NCBI RefSeq assembly: GCF_006345805.1 | Contig: NC_042999.1 | Span: 95,418,001-95,482,000 of the forward strand | Reading direction: 5' to 3' | Source of the DNA: Octopus sinensis | Taxonomy: Eukaryota | DNA: 64,000 nucleotides | Shown here: positions 12,505-24,663 of the stretch, piece after piece | Layout of the letters: every line of letters begins with the position of its first letter | Position numbering within the stretch: position 1 is the first letter of the stretch | Translations under genes and position numbers: made by a program | The notes under the pieces: model-generated | Database searches by the model: none | The model's input: only the letters and a program-made list of their open reading frames with translations | Told to the model about the DNA's origin: nothing

Positions 12505-13180
12505 GCTATGGCAGTGAACAGATTGAGTCGTTAACGCACTAGACAAAATGCTTAGCAGCATTTCTTGCAGTTCTTTAGGCTCTGAGTTCAAATGCCGCCG
12601 AGGTCGACTTTGCCTTTTGTCTTTTGGGAGTCAATAAAATAAAAACCAGATGAGCACTGTAGTCAATGTAATCGATTTCCTCCTCCACTCAAAATTGCTA
12701 GCATTGTGCCTATTTTGGAAAAAAATTGAGGTGTCGAGCTGGCAGAATTGAAACGCAGCGGACAAAATGAATAGCGGCATTTCTTCCAGTTCTTTATGTT
12801 CTGAGCTGAAATTCCGTAGAAGTTGGCTTTGCCTTTCATCTTTTCAGGGTCGATGAAATAAGTATCAGTTAAGCCTTAATGTCGATGTAATCACCTTCCC
12901 TCTCCCCATAAAAACTGCTAGATTTGTGCCAAAAATTAGAAAGCGTTATTAGAGCCTTTGAGCTGGCAGAATTGCATGCGTGTCGAACAAAATGCTTAGC
13001 GACATTTCTTCCGGCTTTATACGTTTTGAGTTCAAATTCTACCAAGATCGACTTTGCCTTTCATCGTTTTGGTATCGATGAAATAATTATCAGCCAAGGA
13101 CTGGGGTCAATATTATCGACTTGCCCCACTCTCCTCAAAATAGTTGGCCTTGGGCCAAAATTAGAAAGAATTATTATTGT
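12505..13180 (+). mobile_element. Three tandem diverged copies of a tRNA-derived SINE
   Basis: Units near 12510, 12730 and 12955, each gagctggcagaatt..aaatgcttagc..tctgagttcaaat..gactttgcctttc..ccttgtgcc..aaattagaaa. Confidence 0.85.
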
Positions 13181-13755
13181 TGATGATGATATTGTCTAGT
13201 CCTAGCTTAGCAGTGACTGAGCAGATATGTGATGAAAGATGCTTCGGCTGTGACTTACAATGAATGAGGATGTTGAAAGGAGTTACCTTTGGATATGTTA
13301 GTTATTAGACCTGTATAGTTCTTTTCGGTGTGAGCCATAAGTGCTATGGTTGTTCAGTGTTTGAGACAAGGTTCTGAATGGACACGTAGACAGAGTTAAA
13401 CAGTTACGGTTACTTGACAGGGTAGAGGCTGTATAGTGTATGTTTGCGGTAGTAGTATTTGAGCTGGGGAAACTAATATTTTGTCCAGATCTCAGACACA
13501 TAAATATCATAAGCCTTTTCAAGGCTTATGATATTTATGTGTCAATGGGAAATTATTAATTACTAGTGGGACCCGTTAATATTCCATGGAATTAATGGTA
13601 AACTTATTGGGCTATTTCTGAAAACTTTATCCGAAAAAACCTGAAAGGGTAGCCTGTATCATGTCTGTATCAAAAGATAATTGTTCATCTGCTTATCATT
13701 AAAAAGTGAAGGAAACTGGAATACGATAATTAATTAATACACTTTATATACTTTA

Positions 13756-14071
13756 CTAGCACTATGACCCGGCGCACATACACGTGAGTACTGTCCAAAT
13801 CTCCGACCAATCACATACAGCTAGCTGGCATTCAATTGGCGTATCAAGTTTTGGGCATTTTGATTGGGTTTTGGATAGAAAATTCACAAAAAAGTCACTG
13901 TTATTGAATTTTTAATGGCTTAATGGGGTGACTGGGGAAATGTAAAGATGTGCACAACCACCCTTGCATGGTTTTGAATGACCATATAAAGTGCGATCCC
14001 TCTAACTGAAAAATTGTGGATTTGTATAAAGGACACACACACAGACATTTTGCTATTTATATATAGAGAGA
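13756..14071 (-). mobile_element. Helitron-like non-autonomous element
   Basis: Minus strand starts A|TC (tctctctatatataaa) and ends ..ccgggtcatagtgCTAG|T. Same end architecture as 58084 and 60469. Confidence 0.6.
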
Positions 14072-14339
14072 TAACTAAAAGGGAAGAAAATCCTAATACT
14101 GAAGGGTACATATGCAAAATAAGTATTGAAGGAATGCAGCTTAAAATGGTTAGGGGTTCTTAGAGAGCAATACTACATATATTTCTAGATAATAGAGGGT
14201 ATGTCATAAATAATATGACACTCCAGATAACTTATGCTACCAAATTATAGTATGATATGCTTATTATTATCTGCTTCTAAAGTATTTGAAGGTACAGATA
14301 ATCTTATGTACAATAGATACTTTAGGGTATAATTTATTA

Positions 14340-15186
14340 TTAATTAGGTTTTGCTTTTCTCTATATTTAAAAATTTCATGAATTTCTATACAACATAGTT
14401 CACATCTATATCAGCTATTTTTGTGTGGCTGAATCCTGCAGACTATATCTCATTTTAGGTGAAATTTACTATTATTTTCCTTGAGTTACCAGTTTTTCAT
14501 AGCTTATGAGGTGCTGTTGGCTTTATGTCTATTTTATATCTTTAAGACAAAAAATGGTTATTCAGGCATTTTTTTCATATTTACAGAGCACCCAATGTAA
14601 ATGAAGTTATTAGTTTCCATCATTATTGTACATTTGCATATAGCATTTTCAGCTAAACACCGACTCTGGGACATATCCTTTTATGTAGATAAAGCTTGAT
14701 ATATGGTCCGTGTAAAATAAGCGTCTGGAAGGTTGTCTGGTATTAATTAAATTTATCACCATCAACTGGAACATAACTGACCACTCCCAGTGGATTTAAT
14801 ACTAAATGGTCTTAGACTATATGCTGTATAAAATCTTATAAATATAAATAAATAACTGTCTCACTACTCCTATATCTTGATCCCCACCATTTTCCTCTGC
14901 TACTCTCTAAATTACAGAAGGCTTAAACAGATATGCATTATTCTCTGAATTCATTCTGCCACAAATATAACATAAGGAAACTGTAATTATTTTGGTTTCT
15001 AGTACTGATACAAATTTGCTGTAAATGCTTAAAATGGTTTCTCCTTTATGTTGGAAATCTATATGGTCATCTGCTTCTGAGGAGAGCAGTCTCTTTCAAA
15101 TTGATGTAATGTTTTCATTGATCAATTAAATGGAGCCACTTGAAACAGCCATAATGCATTGAAACCTAAACATCCTTGTTACTTAT
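14340..15186 (-). mobile_element. Penelope-like element ORF relic including GIY-YIG endonuclease
   Basis: Minus strand reads CLAENAICKCTIMMETNNFIYIGCSVNMKK..STS..YRCELCCIEIHEIFKYREKQNLIN, the Penelope GIY-YIG pattern (C..N.xYKC..YIG..; C.LC..E..LIN). Multiple stops. Confidence 0.75.
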
Positions 15187-15195
15187 ATATATATA

Positions 15196-18100
15196 AGAAG
15201 TGTCAGTTGTGGTGTGCAAGAGAGACGGCTGCGCTGGTATGGTCATGTGACGAGAATGGCTGAAGATAGTTGTGTGCAAAAGTGCTACACCCTAGCAGTT
15301 GAGGGAACCTGTGGAAGAGGTAGACCCAGGAAAACCTGGGACGAGGTGGTGAAGCACGACCTTCGAACTTTAGGTCTCACCAAGGAAATGACTGAAGACC
15401 GAGTCCTATGGAAGTGTGCTGTGCATGAGAGGACCCGGCAGGACTAGTCAGGCCATATCCCGTGGCCCCTACCTGGGACGTAGTCGATCCACCTGTGCAT
15501 ACCTTCCTTCTTGTGACACTTGTGAAGACCTGCTGAGGCAAGTAAAAATCAATCAAAATAGATGAACATCAATGGAATTTGTATCTTTGTGGTACCAGTG
15601 CCTGTGGCACACAAGAAAACCATCCGAACGTGGCCGTAGCCAGTACCGCATCGACTCGCCTCCGTGCTGTGGGAACATGGTGGCACATAAAAACACCATC
15701 CGAAGACCCGGCAAGACTAGTCAGGTCATAACCCGTGGGCCCTACCTGGGACGTAGTCAGTCCACCTGTACATACCTTCCTTCTTGTGACACTTGTGAAG
15801 ACCTGTTGAGGCAAGTGAAAATCAAAACAAATCAAAATAGATGAACATCAATGGAATTTGTATCTTTGTGGTACCAGTGCCGGTGGCACACAAGAATCCA
15901 TCCGAACGTGGCCGTAGTCAGTACCGCTTGTGGTACCAGTGCCGGTGGCACACAAGAATCCATCCGAACGTCGCCGTAGTCAGTACCGCATCACTGGCCA
16001 TCGTGCTGTGGGCACATAACAAACACCATCCGGTCGTGGCCGTTCGCCAGCCTCATCTAGCACCTGTGTCGGTGGCACATAAAAAGTAGTCAGTACTGCT
16101 TGTGGTACCAGTGCCGGTGGCACACAAGAATCCATCCGAACATGGCCATAGTCAGTACCGCATCACTGGCCATCGTGCTGTGGGCACATAACAAACACCA
16201 TCCGGTCGTGGCCGTTTGCCAGCCTCATCTAGCACCTGTGTCGGTGGCACATAAAAACACCATCCGAAGACCCGGCAAGACTAGTCAGGCCATAAACCAT
16301 GGCCCCTACCTGGGACGTAGTCAGTCCACCTGTCCACCTGTGCATACCTTCCTCCTTGTGATACTTGTGAAGGCCTGTTGAGGCAAGTGAAAATCAAAAT
16401 CAAAATCAAATCAAAACAAATCAAAATAGATGAACATCAATGGAATTTGTATCTTTGTGGTACCAGTGCCGGTGGCACACAAGAGAAAACCATCCGAAAG
16501 TGGCCGTAGCCAGTACCGCATCGACTGGCCTCCGTGCTGTGGGCACATGACAAACACCATCAGATCGTGGCCGTTCGCCAGCCTCATCTAGCACCTGTGT
16601 CGGTGGCACAAAAACATCATCCGAAGACCCGGCAAGACTAGTCAGGCCATAAACCATGGCCCCTACCTGGGACGTAGTCAGTCCACCTGTGCATACCTTC
16701 CTCCTTGTGATACTTGTGAAGGCCTGTTGAGGCAAGTGAAAATCAAAATCAAAATCAAAATCAAAACAAATCAAAATAGATGAACATCAATGGAATTTGT
16801 ATCTTTGTGGTACCAGTGCCGGTGGCACACAAGAGAAAACCATCCGAAAGTGGCCGTAGCCAGTACCGCATCGACTGGCCTCCGTGCTGTGGGCACATGA
16901 CAAACACCATCAGATCGTGGCCGTTCGCCAGCCTCATCTAGCACCTGTGTCGGTGGCACAAAAACACCATCCGAAGACCCGGCAAGACTAGTCAGGCCAT
17001 AACCCATGGCCCCTACCTGGGACGTAGTCAGTCCACCTGTGCATTCCTTCCTTCTTGTGACACTTGTGAAGACCTGTTGAGGCAAGTGAAAATCAAAATC
17101 AAAATCAAAACAAATCAAAATAGATGAACATCAATGGAATCTGTATCTTTATGGTACCAGTGCCGGTGGCACACAAGAGAACCATCCGAACGTGGCCGTA
17201 GCCAGTTCCGCATCGACCGGCCTCCGTGCTGTGGGCACGTAACAAACACCATCCGATCATGGCCGTTCGCCAGCCTCATCTGGCACCTGTGTCGGTGGCA
17301 CATAAAAACACCTTCCGAAGACCCGGCAGGACTAGTCAGTCCACCTGTGCATACCTTCCTTCTTGTGACACTTGTGAAGACCGGTTGAGGCAAGTGAAAA
17401 TCAAAATCAAAATCAAAATCAAAATAGACAAAATAGATGAACATCAATGGAATTTGTATCTTGTGGTACCAGTGCCTGTGGTACCAGTGCCTGTGGCACA
17501 CAAGAATCCATCAGTGCTGTAGTCAGTGCGGTGGGCACATGACAAACACCATCCGATCGTGGCCGTTCGCCAGCCTCATCTAGCACCTGTGTCGGTGGCA
17601 CATAAAAACACCATCCGAAGACCCGGCAAGACTAGTCAGGCCATAACCCATGGCCCCTACCTGGGACGTAGTCAGTCCACCTGTGCATACCTTCCTTCTT
17701 GTGACACTTGTGAAGACCTGTTGAGGCAAGTGAAAATCAAAACAAATCAAAATAGATGAACATCAATGGAATATGTATCTTTGTGGTAACACAAGAAAAC
17801 CATCCGAACGTGGCCGTAGCCAGTACCGCATCGACTGGCCTCCGTGCTGTGGGCACGTAACAAGCACCATCCGATCGTGGCCTTTTGCCAGCCTCATCTG
17901 GCACCTGTGTCGGTGGCACATAAAAACACCATCCGAGCGTGGCCGTCTGCCAGCCTCGTCTGGCACCTGTGTCGGTGGCACATAAAAAACACCATCCGAG
18001 CGTGGCCGTTTGCCAGCCTCGTCTGGCACCTGTGTCAGTGGCACATAAAATCACCCACTACACTCTCGGAGTGGTTGGCGTTAGGAAGGGCATCCAGCTG

Positions 18101-18223
18101 TAGAAACACTGCCAGATCTGACTGGACTGGTGCAGCTTTCGGGCTCCCCAGACCCCAGTTGAACCGTCCAACCCATGCTAGCATGGAAAGCGGACGTTAA
18201 ATGATGATGATGATGATGATGAT
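15196..18223 (+). mobile_element. 5'-truncated RTE LINE with tandemly amplified 3' UTR, ending in (GAT)n
   Basis: ORF end QERRLRWYGHVTRM..GRGRPRKTWDEVV..RQD* followed by repeated UTR and the tail ggaaagcggacgttaaatgatgatgat. Flanked by (TA)n on both sides. Confidence 0.9.
15432..17790 (+). repeat. Tandem array of 7 units (about 270-560 bp, mode about 350) derived from the RTE 3' UTR
   Basis: gacccggca(a/g)gactag recurs at about 15432, 15705, 16269, 16626, 16976, 17320 and 17620. Each unit contains an (aaaatc)n run. Confidence 0.95.
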
Positions 18224-18899
18224 ATATATATATATATGCCCTGACACATCTTCAACATTGTATCTCCCTCCTCTTTCTCTCTCTCCGCTATCTCTCCTCT
18301 CCCTCTGCCACTAAGGTAACCAGGCACCCTGTCCAAACCAAGACACCTATTTCTGTTCCTCTTTTCATACTCTAACTTGTCATCACCTGGCACAAAGTCA
18401 CCTCCCATAATAATACTCCTTGCTCGTTTGAGAGGTCTCGTCTTGCAAGTTACTTGGTGTCCTCACTGCTCCTGTTACCATGTTAAAATCACCCAGCATG
18501 GTCTGTAAAGTGTTTGGCATTTAAAAGGGCATCCAGTTGTAGAGACCATACCAAAACAGATTATACAGCTTGGCGCAGTTATTTTACTTGCCAGCTCCTG
18601 TCAAATAATACAACCCATGCCAGCATGGGTGGAGGGTGATAAGTGAGGTTGATATAAATGTATATGTATGTATACATATATACATACATATGCGTGTGTG
18701 GGGTATGTGTGTGCATATATATATATATATAACCCATGCCATCATGGAAATCAGATGCTAAATGATGATAATGTATGCTCACACATATGTAATGCATAGG
18801 TACATATATAATGCTTACATTTATAGCTATTGAATTCTTCTCACTTCCAGCCAGAACCCCATCCACTTCCCTTCCCACTTTATTTCCCCCTTCTGTTGT

Positions 18900-19090
18900 T
18901 GATTATTTAATGCTCTTGGAAATGAGGACAATATCATCAATGAATTTGAGATGATTTAGTATGCATCAATTTGTATTTATTCCTCTATCTGACCAATATG
19001 CATTTTTAAAAACCTTTTCTATTACAGATGTGAATAATTTGGTGTCTCCTTGTCTGACTCCTTTACCAATTTTGACATCAAATGCATTGT
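18900..19090 (-). mobile_element. RT fragment of a second RTE/BovB-like LINE family
   Basis: IGKGVRQGDT-KLFTSVIEKVF..W..RGI..LNHLKFIDDIVLIS (RT motifs B and C). Confidence 0.8.
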
Positions 19091-21039
19091 TGTTTATAGT
19101 TGTGGTAATGCTACAGTTGGTGTAAATATTCTTATATATTCGTATGTATATACATATGTATATATGTGTGTGTGTGTGTGTGTGTGTCTGTGTATAGTTG
19201 ATATTACATGTGTACATTTTGGCAACAGATAATAAAATCTTGCTTGAAGTACAAGTTCTATTATACAGAATATTTTCAATGGTGGAAATGGAATCAGTAC
19301 CAGTTCATCTATCATGATGAGGAAATTCATCCATTCATTCACTCTGTATACAAAGCAAAGACTGTTTGAGCTATGTATCTTAAGTGTGATATATATTAAT
19401 TGTAAATGAGTGACAAAAGTAGTAGTTCACTAGTCGCTTATAAAGAATGAATTAAGCATGGTCTATTTACAAGAAGAGACATGTGAATACAAAGGACAGC
19501 TGACATGCCAAGGGACCAACGTTAATATCAAATGTATCGTGCATAGAGGTAGGGGAGAGATAAAGTAGAAGTAAAATAAAGAAAATATTGAGTTGATACA
19601 TTTTGATGTAATCTGAAAGAGCATGAGCTCAAAGAAGAATTAATGAACAGATTATCTGAACTTGGAGGATTAATTCTTCTTTATCTTTTGAGTATTGTAT
19701 TGTAGATTTTTAGCACCAACAAATGTAAATTCACCCATAATACGGGACAGCCTATCTTTTATTTACTTCTGTATATCATGTCTCAAAAGAAAGTTCACAA
19801 TGAGTTTCAGTATTTATTTTGATGAGAACAGAGCAGAACACAAATTTTTTCATGGCTGCATAAAACAATGAATAATCGTTTTGATTTGACATAGGCCAGA
19901 TTTTGTATAGATTTGGATACAGTCAATTGAATTGCTTCAAGAATATTACTGGACTTTATTGATCATGATGAAAGAAAAGCATAAGTCAACTTCAGCAAGA
20001 TTTAACTCTGAATATAGAATTTTCTCAGACTTTTAAAAAAAGATTTTGTAATTTGATGATAAGTTCAGTTGCTGCGAGGAGTGAAAAGTCTAACTTTTGG
20101 ACTGATATACTTTAGAGTGAAGAGAGAAAATATAAATGCTTGACCTTTCTATTCCTCGCAGCAGTTGAACTTACTGATACTCTACAAATTCTCCTTTGAA
20201 TTAATTATTGTTGATGCTGATTTTCACAAATTGTTTTTTGATTTTGGCCTTTATCTTGTTTGGCTTTAGTTTGCCATTATAATCTTTTAATTCATCACCC
20301 TTTTCATAATAACATAATAAAGTGAAATCTGCTAGTTTCTGCTTTCATGATAATTGATGGCATTGAATTATCACTTTTATTTTGTTATATAGATAATTAA
20401 ATGTAAGCATATCAAGACAATGACCATTGTATAAACATTGGTACTCACATATATATACACAGCTATGTATGCACACACATAACCAACTGAACAGATTGTG
20501 AAAAAGTACTTGAGGCTATGGAAAAGCTTGTGAATAGACATAAATAAAAACAAGAAGGAAGAAACTGAGAATGTCCTTATCACATCTACTTGGCCCTTAC
20601 CCCATTCTACACAAAATTTTTGTTGAGAGCTGTGTTCACAATGCCTTCATATTTCTCTATTCTTTGTTGAAGTGCAAGAGCTTGAAATGTTTAGACTTCC
20701 CACTTTTTACAATAGTAAAACTTATTAACATTCTATGAACTTTCCTTTGGATCAATTATTGCTTATGCAGACCATTATATCCTGGATTTTATCCACTTTC
20801 TAAAAGGTTTGATTTTATTTTGCTCACATTCTGAAATGTTTGTGTCCCATTTGATTTCTATGCAATTTAAGTAAGATGAAATAGTAGCCTTTTTAATATA
20901 ATCTTCAATAGAAAAATTAAAACCAGGGATGCCATTTATTTTACATTTTAGTGAGCGAAAATGTACGAAAAGCACATATCTCCAGCCTAAAATCTAGAAG
21001 ATCTCATAGAAGTGATCTCGTCTATCTATTGCAAAATAT

Positions 21040-22855
21040 ATTGAATAGACAGCTCCCTAGTTGATAAAGCAATTAAGGGTATGAAGCCAGGAAAAGCCTC
21101 AGGCCCATCAGGAATCACTGCTGAGATGCTTAAAACATCTGGTGGTGTGGGCTATGGCCTAGTCACCCGCATCGTAAACCAGGTAGTTTATCATGGAGTC
21201 TGCAAGTGTAAAGGTGATGCTCTAGATAGAAATAACTACAGGGGTATCAAACTGCTGGATCAGGTGATGAAGGTCACAGAGAGGGTCATAGCCCATCTCA
21301 TGAGGGAAATAGTCTGCTTAGATGAGATGCAGTTCGGTTTTGTGCTAGGTAGAAGCACCACTGATACCATTTTCCTGGTTCAAAAACTGCAGGAGAAATA
21401 CCTAGCTAAAGAAATACCTATACTTAGCTTTTGTGGACTTGGAAATACCTATACTTAGCTTTTGTGGACTTGGAGAAAGCCTTTGACAGGGTCCCCTGAT
21501 CCCTTATCTGGTGGGCAATGCGGAAACTGGAGATTGACGAATGGTTAATAAGGGCTGTACAGGCCCTTTACAGAGGCCGTTAGTAAGGTTAGGATTGGCA
21601 GCGAGTATAGTGAAGAATTCCGGGTAGGAGTAGGGGTCCACCTAGCTTCAGCCCTCAGTCCCCTTTTATTCATCATAATCCTCCAGACAATAACAGAGGA
21701 ATTCAAGACGGGTTGCCTCTGGGAGCTCCTCTATGCTGATGATCTGGCCCTCATAGTAGAATCACTACCAGAACTAGAAAAGAAATTTCGGGTGTGGAAG
21801 CTAGGTTTAGAATCTAAAGGCCTTAGAGTCAATGTAGCAAAGACCAAAGCTCTTGTAAGAAGGTGAACTCCTCACACACACCCTCAGGTAGGTGGCCCTG
21901 CTCGATCTGTAGAAAAGGTGGAGGTAGAAACTCCATAAGATGTACCCAGTGTAAGCTATGGACACATAAGAGGTGCAGCAACAGCAAAGGAAAATTAACC
22001 GAGAAGATATCTTTCATGTGCGGCAGATGCACAGGGGCAATAGACACTACAGATACTCAGAAAACAGATTCCATCACACTAGAAGTAGTTGATAGCTTCC
22101 ACTACCTAGGTGACCAAGTTAGTAGTGGGGGTGGATGCTCAGAAAGTGTTACCACTAGAATAAGAATAGCCTGGGCAAAGTTTAGAAAGCTTCTTCCTCT
22201 GCTGGCGATAAAGGGTCTCTCGCTCAGAGTGAAAGGTAGATTGTACGACGCATGTGTGCAAACTGCCATGCTTCACAGCAGTGAAATATCGGCCGTGACT
22301 GTGGAGGACATGCGTAGGTTCGAAAGAAATGAAGCTAGTATGATCCACTGGATGTGTCATGTCAGTGTGCATGCACGACAGAGTGTAAGCACCCTGAGAG
22401 AAATGTTGGACATAAGAAGCATCAGATGTGGCGTGAAGGAGTGACATTTGCATTGGTATGGTCATGTACTATGGATGGATGAGGAGAGAGATGTGTGAAG
22501 AAGTGCCACTCCCAAACAGTTGAAGGAATCCGGGGTAGAGGTAGACCCAGGAAGACATGGGATGAGGTGGTTAACCATGACCTTCGAACGTTGGGCCTCA
22601 CAGAGGCAATGACAAAAGACCGAGACCTCTGGAAATATGCTGTGATTGCGAAGACCCGACAAATGAAGTGAGTTCATGGCTTGCAGGACAGTCTGCTGTG
22701 CTTACCTTGGATCGTAGGGTGACCTGCTGTGCTTGAGCAGATCTATTGAGTCAAGTACATTAACATCATGGTGCAGCCTCCTGGCTTCCCAGACCCCGGC
22801 CAAACCATCCAACCTATGCTAGCATGGAAAATGGACGTTAAATGATGATGATGAT
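21040..22855 (+). mobile_element. RTE LINE (RT pseudogene, 3' UTR and (GAT)n tail)
   Basis: GKASGPSGITAEMLK, NYRGIKLL, QFGF..RSTTD, LLYADDL, WPCSICRKG..C..C..WTHKRCS, YLG, GRGRPRKTW. Stops, frameshifts and a 31-bp internal duplication at 21411-21472. Confidence 0.95.
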
Positions 22856-23936
22856 TCAAAATTTGATAGTTCAACACCTTGAATAATTAATTTATTGAAA
22901 ATTTTCTAAATGTGATTTGGCAGTAGTTAAAACAATGAAATAGGGAAATGTTTTAGAACACAGTTAAACGTAAAAGTTAATTAGAAAATAAACAGAACAT
23001 TTTCTCTAAACAAGAACATAGTTATATTTATGGGTGTATGTTATTTAGCAAAGTGATAGTTGGTTCTCACACTTCTTTTCACATAATTAGGAAGGATAAA
23101 TCATGTCTTATGTAAGAAAATAGAAGTAGCATTTTTTTTTTGTAATAATAAACATTAAACCTATTTGAGAGTAAAAGTAAAATTTATTATTTAATTTTTA
23201 GAATAGTAAATACTAACAAAGCCTCTCTAAATATCCTTTCTTGTTTGTTTGTTTTTTACTATCTCATAAGATCCTTGAATGAAGAAGACAATCTATTAAA
23301 CTAAAAATTAATTGTGCTTACATAATCAGTACAAATATTATTAAATTCGATACATAAGTTGAATATGAATGGGAAAGCTTAGGCATCCACACAGAACATG
23401 TTTTGAAATACAAATTTTTAAGGTTTCATTCATTAGAATTCAGTAATTAAGATTAGATTTAGTTATATGCTTAGTTTATCAAATTATAAATCTGAATGTT
23501 ATATCTATAGTGTTAAATTAGATAAAAACTAGCAGCAATTTTACAAAAGTAATTTTCCTGAAAGTGAGCAGAGAACTACAAGAATTATAGATGAAATTAA
23601 GGTGACTGAGAAATTTATTTCTCAGTAATTGATATTAGTTGTGAACTAACATTTCAGATAGACTGATGGAGCACATAGTCTTTGGGGGCAGGGGATGCTG
23701 ATGTATCTTGCTGTCATATATAAACATCAGTATTTAAATCAGTTATCTTAACCAAACTCTCTTTCATAAGGCATTTTCATAGTGACTGTGGAGGTTCTTT
23801 ACTTGATAAGGTTATTGAAAGAAGTAGAATGTATATATTGCACAAAATTAGAAGGGTTTGTAATCAATATATTAAAATTAATGCATTACATTATTCATTT
23901 CACAATCACTATCCCACATCAACTAGACTATCAGAT

Positions 23937-24081
23937 CCCAGGTTCGAAATTTTCCCCAAACACCTGATGAAGGCTGGAGGTTATATCAGCTGAAACTTTG
24001 TTAACAATGATCAAGATGAGGACAAATATTCGTCAAATGTAAATAATGTACATACTTCTTCATCTCTTAAATATAGAACTG
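23937..24081 (+). mobile_element. 5'-truncated copy of the tRNA/hammerhead element with 13-bp TSD
   Basis: Flanked by tagactatcagat at 23924-23936 and 24082-24094. Contains acacCTGATGAaGGCTG..CAGCtGAAAc. Confidence 0.85.
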
Positions 24082-24299
24082 TAGACTATCAGATGTCCTT
24101 ATACATTACAGATTACAATGCACTTTCATTCTCTCCTTGCTTGTGCCCTTCCCTTCACTTCAATCCAAGTTCTTTTGCTACATCATCTTTCCATCATTTT
24201 GGAGGTCTTCTGCATGGTCTTATCTGATCACATTAATCAGCATCATTGTTGTTTAACATCCGCTTTCCATGCTGGCATGCGGTGGACGGTTTGACTATG

Positions 24300-24663
24300 A
24301 ATTGATAAGTGATGTGAGTCCTCCTGTCTGCGAGTCATGCAACATATCTTGCTCAGCAGATCTTGTGCTTTCCGTATTCCACAATCACATCGTTCATTCT
24401 ACTCCATTCTCAAATTATCTAATCATGGATACTCTCTCACAATATTTTAGGGTATGCTTCTTTTTCAACAGAATTTTACGGGGTAGGGATACATGCTCTC
24501 ATTCGAAGGGGGGACATTGCTATTGAGAGAAATGGTGACTATGTTGAGAAGTAGGGATGTAATCCACAGAGGACCAGCTTCATTTTGACGTATGATATAT
24601 GTTCCTGTGTTGGTAATTATACCTGTCCTAAACAAAATGGCATTACTTTTTGACTCACCCTCG
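24300..24663 (+). mobile_element. Mariner relic (C-terminus and 3' TIR)
   Basis: ..ERNGDYVEK* followed by ttactttttgactcaccctcg|TA. Confidence 0.7.

Noticed and set aside
10351-15186. Polinton/Maverick or foldback transposon with 520-bp TIRs
   Set aside because: The repeated sequence continues into a Penelope GIY-YIG ORF and has a third dispersed copy. No polB/integrase motifs or TSD seen.
17868-18052. HDV-like ribozyme in the RTE UTR modules (GGCCG..CCTCG..CGGT-GG)
   Set aside because: Only 4 bp of P1 can form, a spacer separates P3 from P1, and no P2 or catalytic C junction fits.
15569-18200. Repeated 80-128 aa ORFs and a CRISPR-like periodic look
   Set aside because: Products of the tandem RTE 3' UTR. 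There are no unique spacers or cas genes, and the context is eukaryotic.
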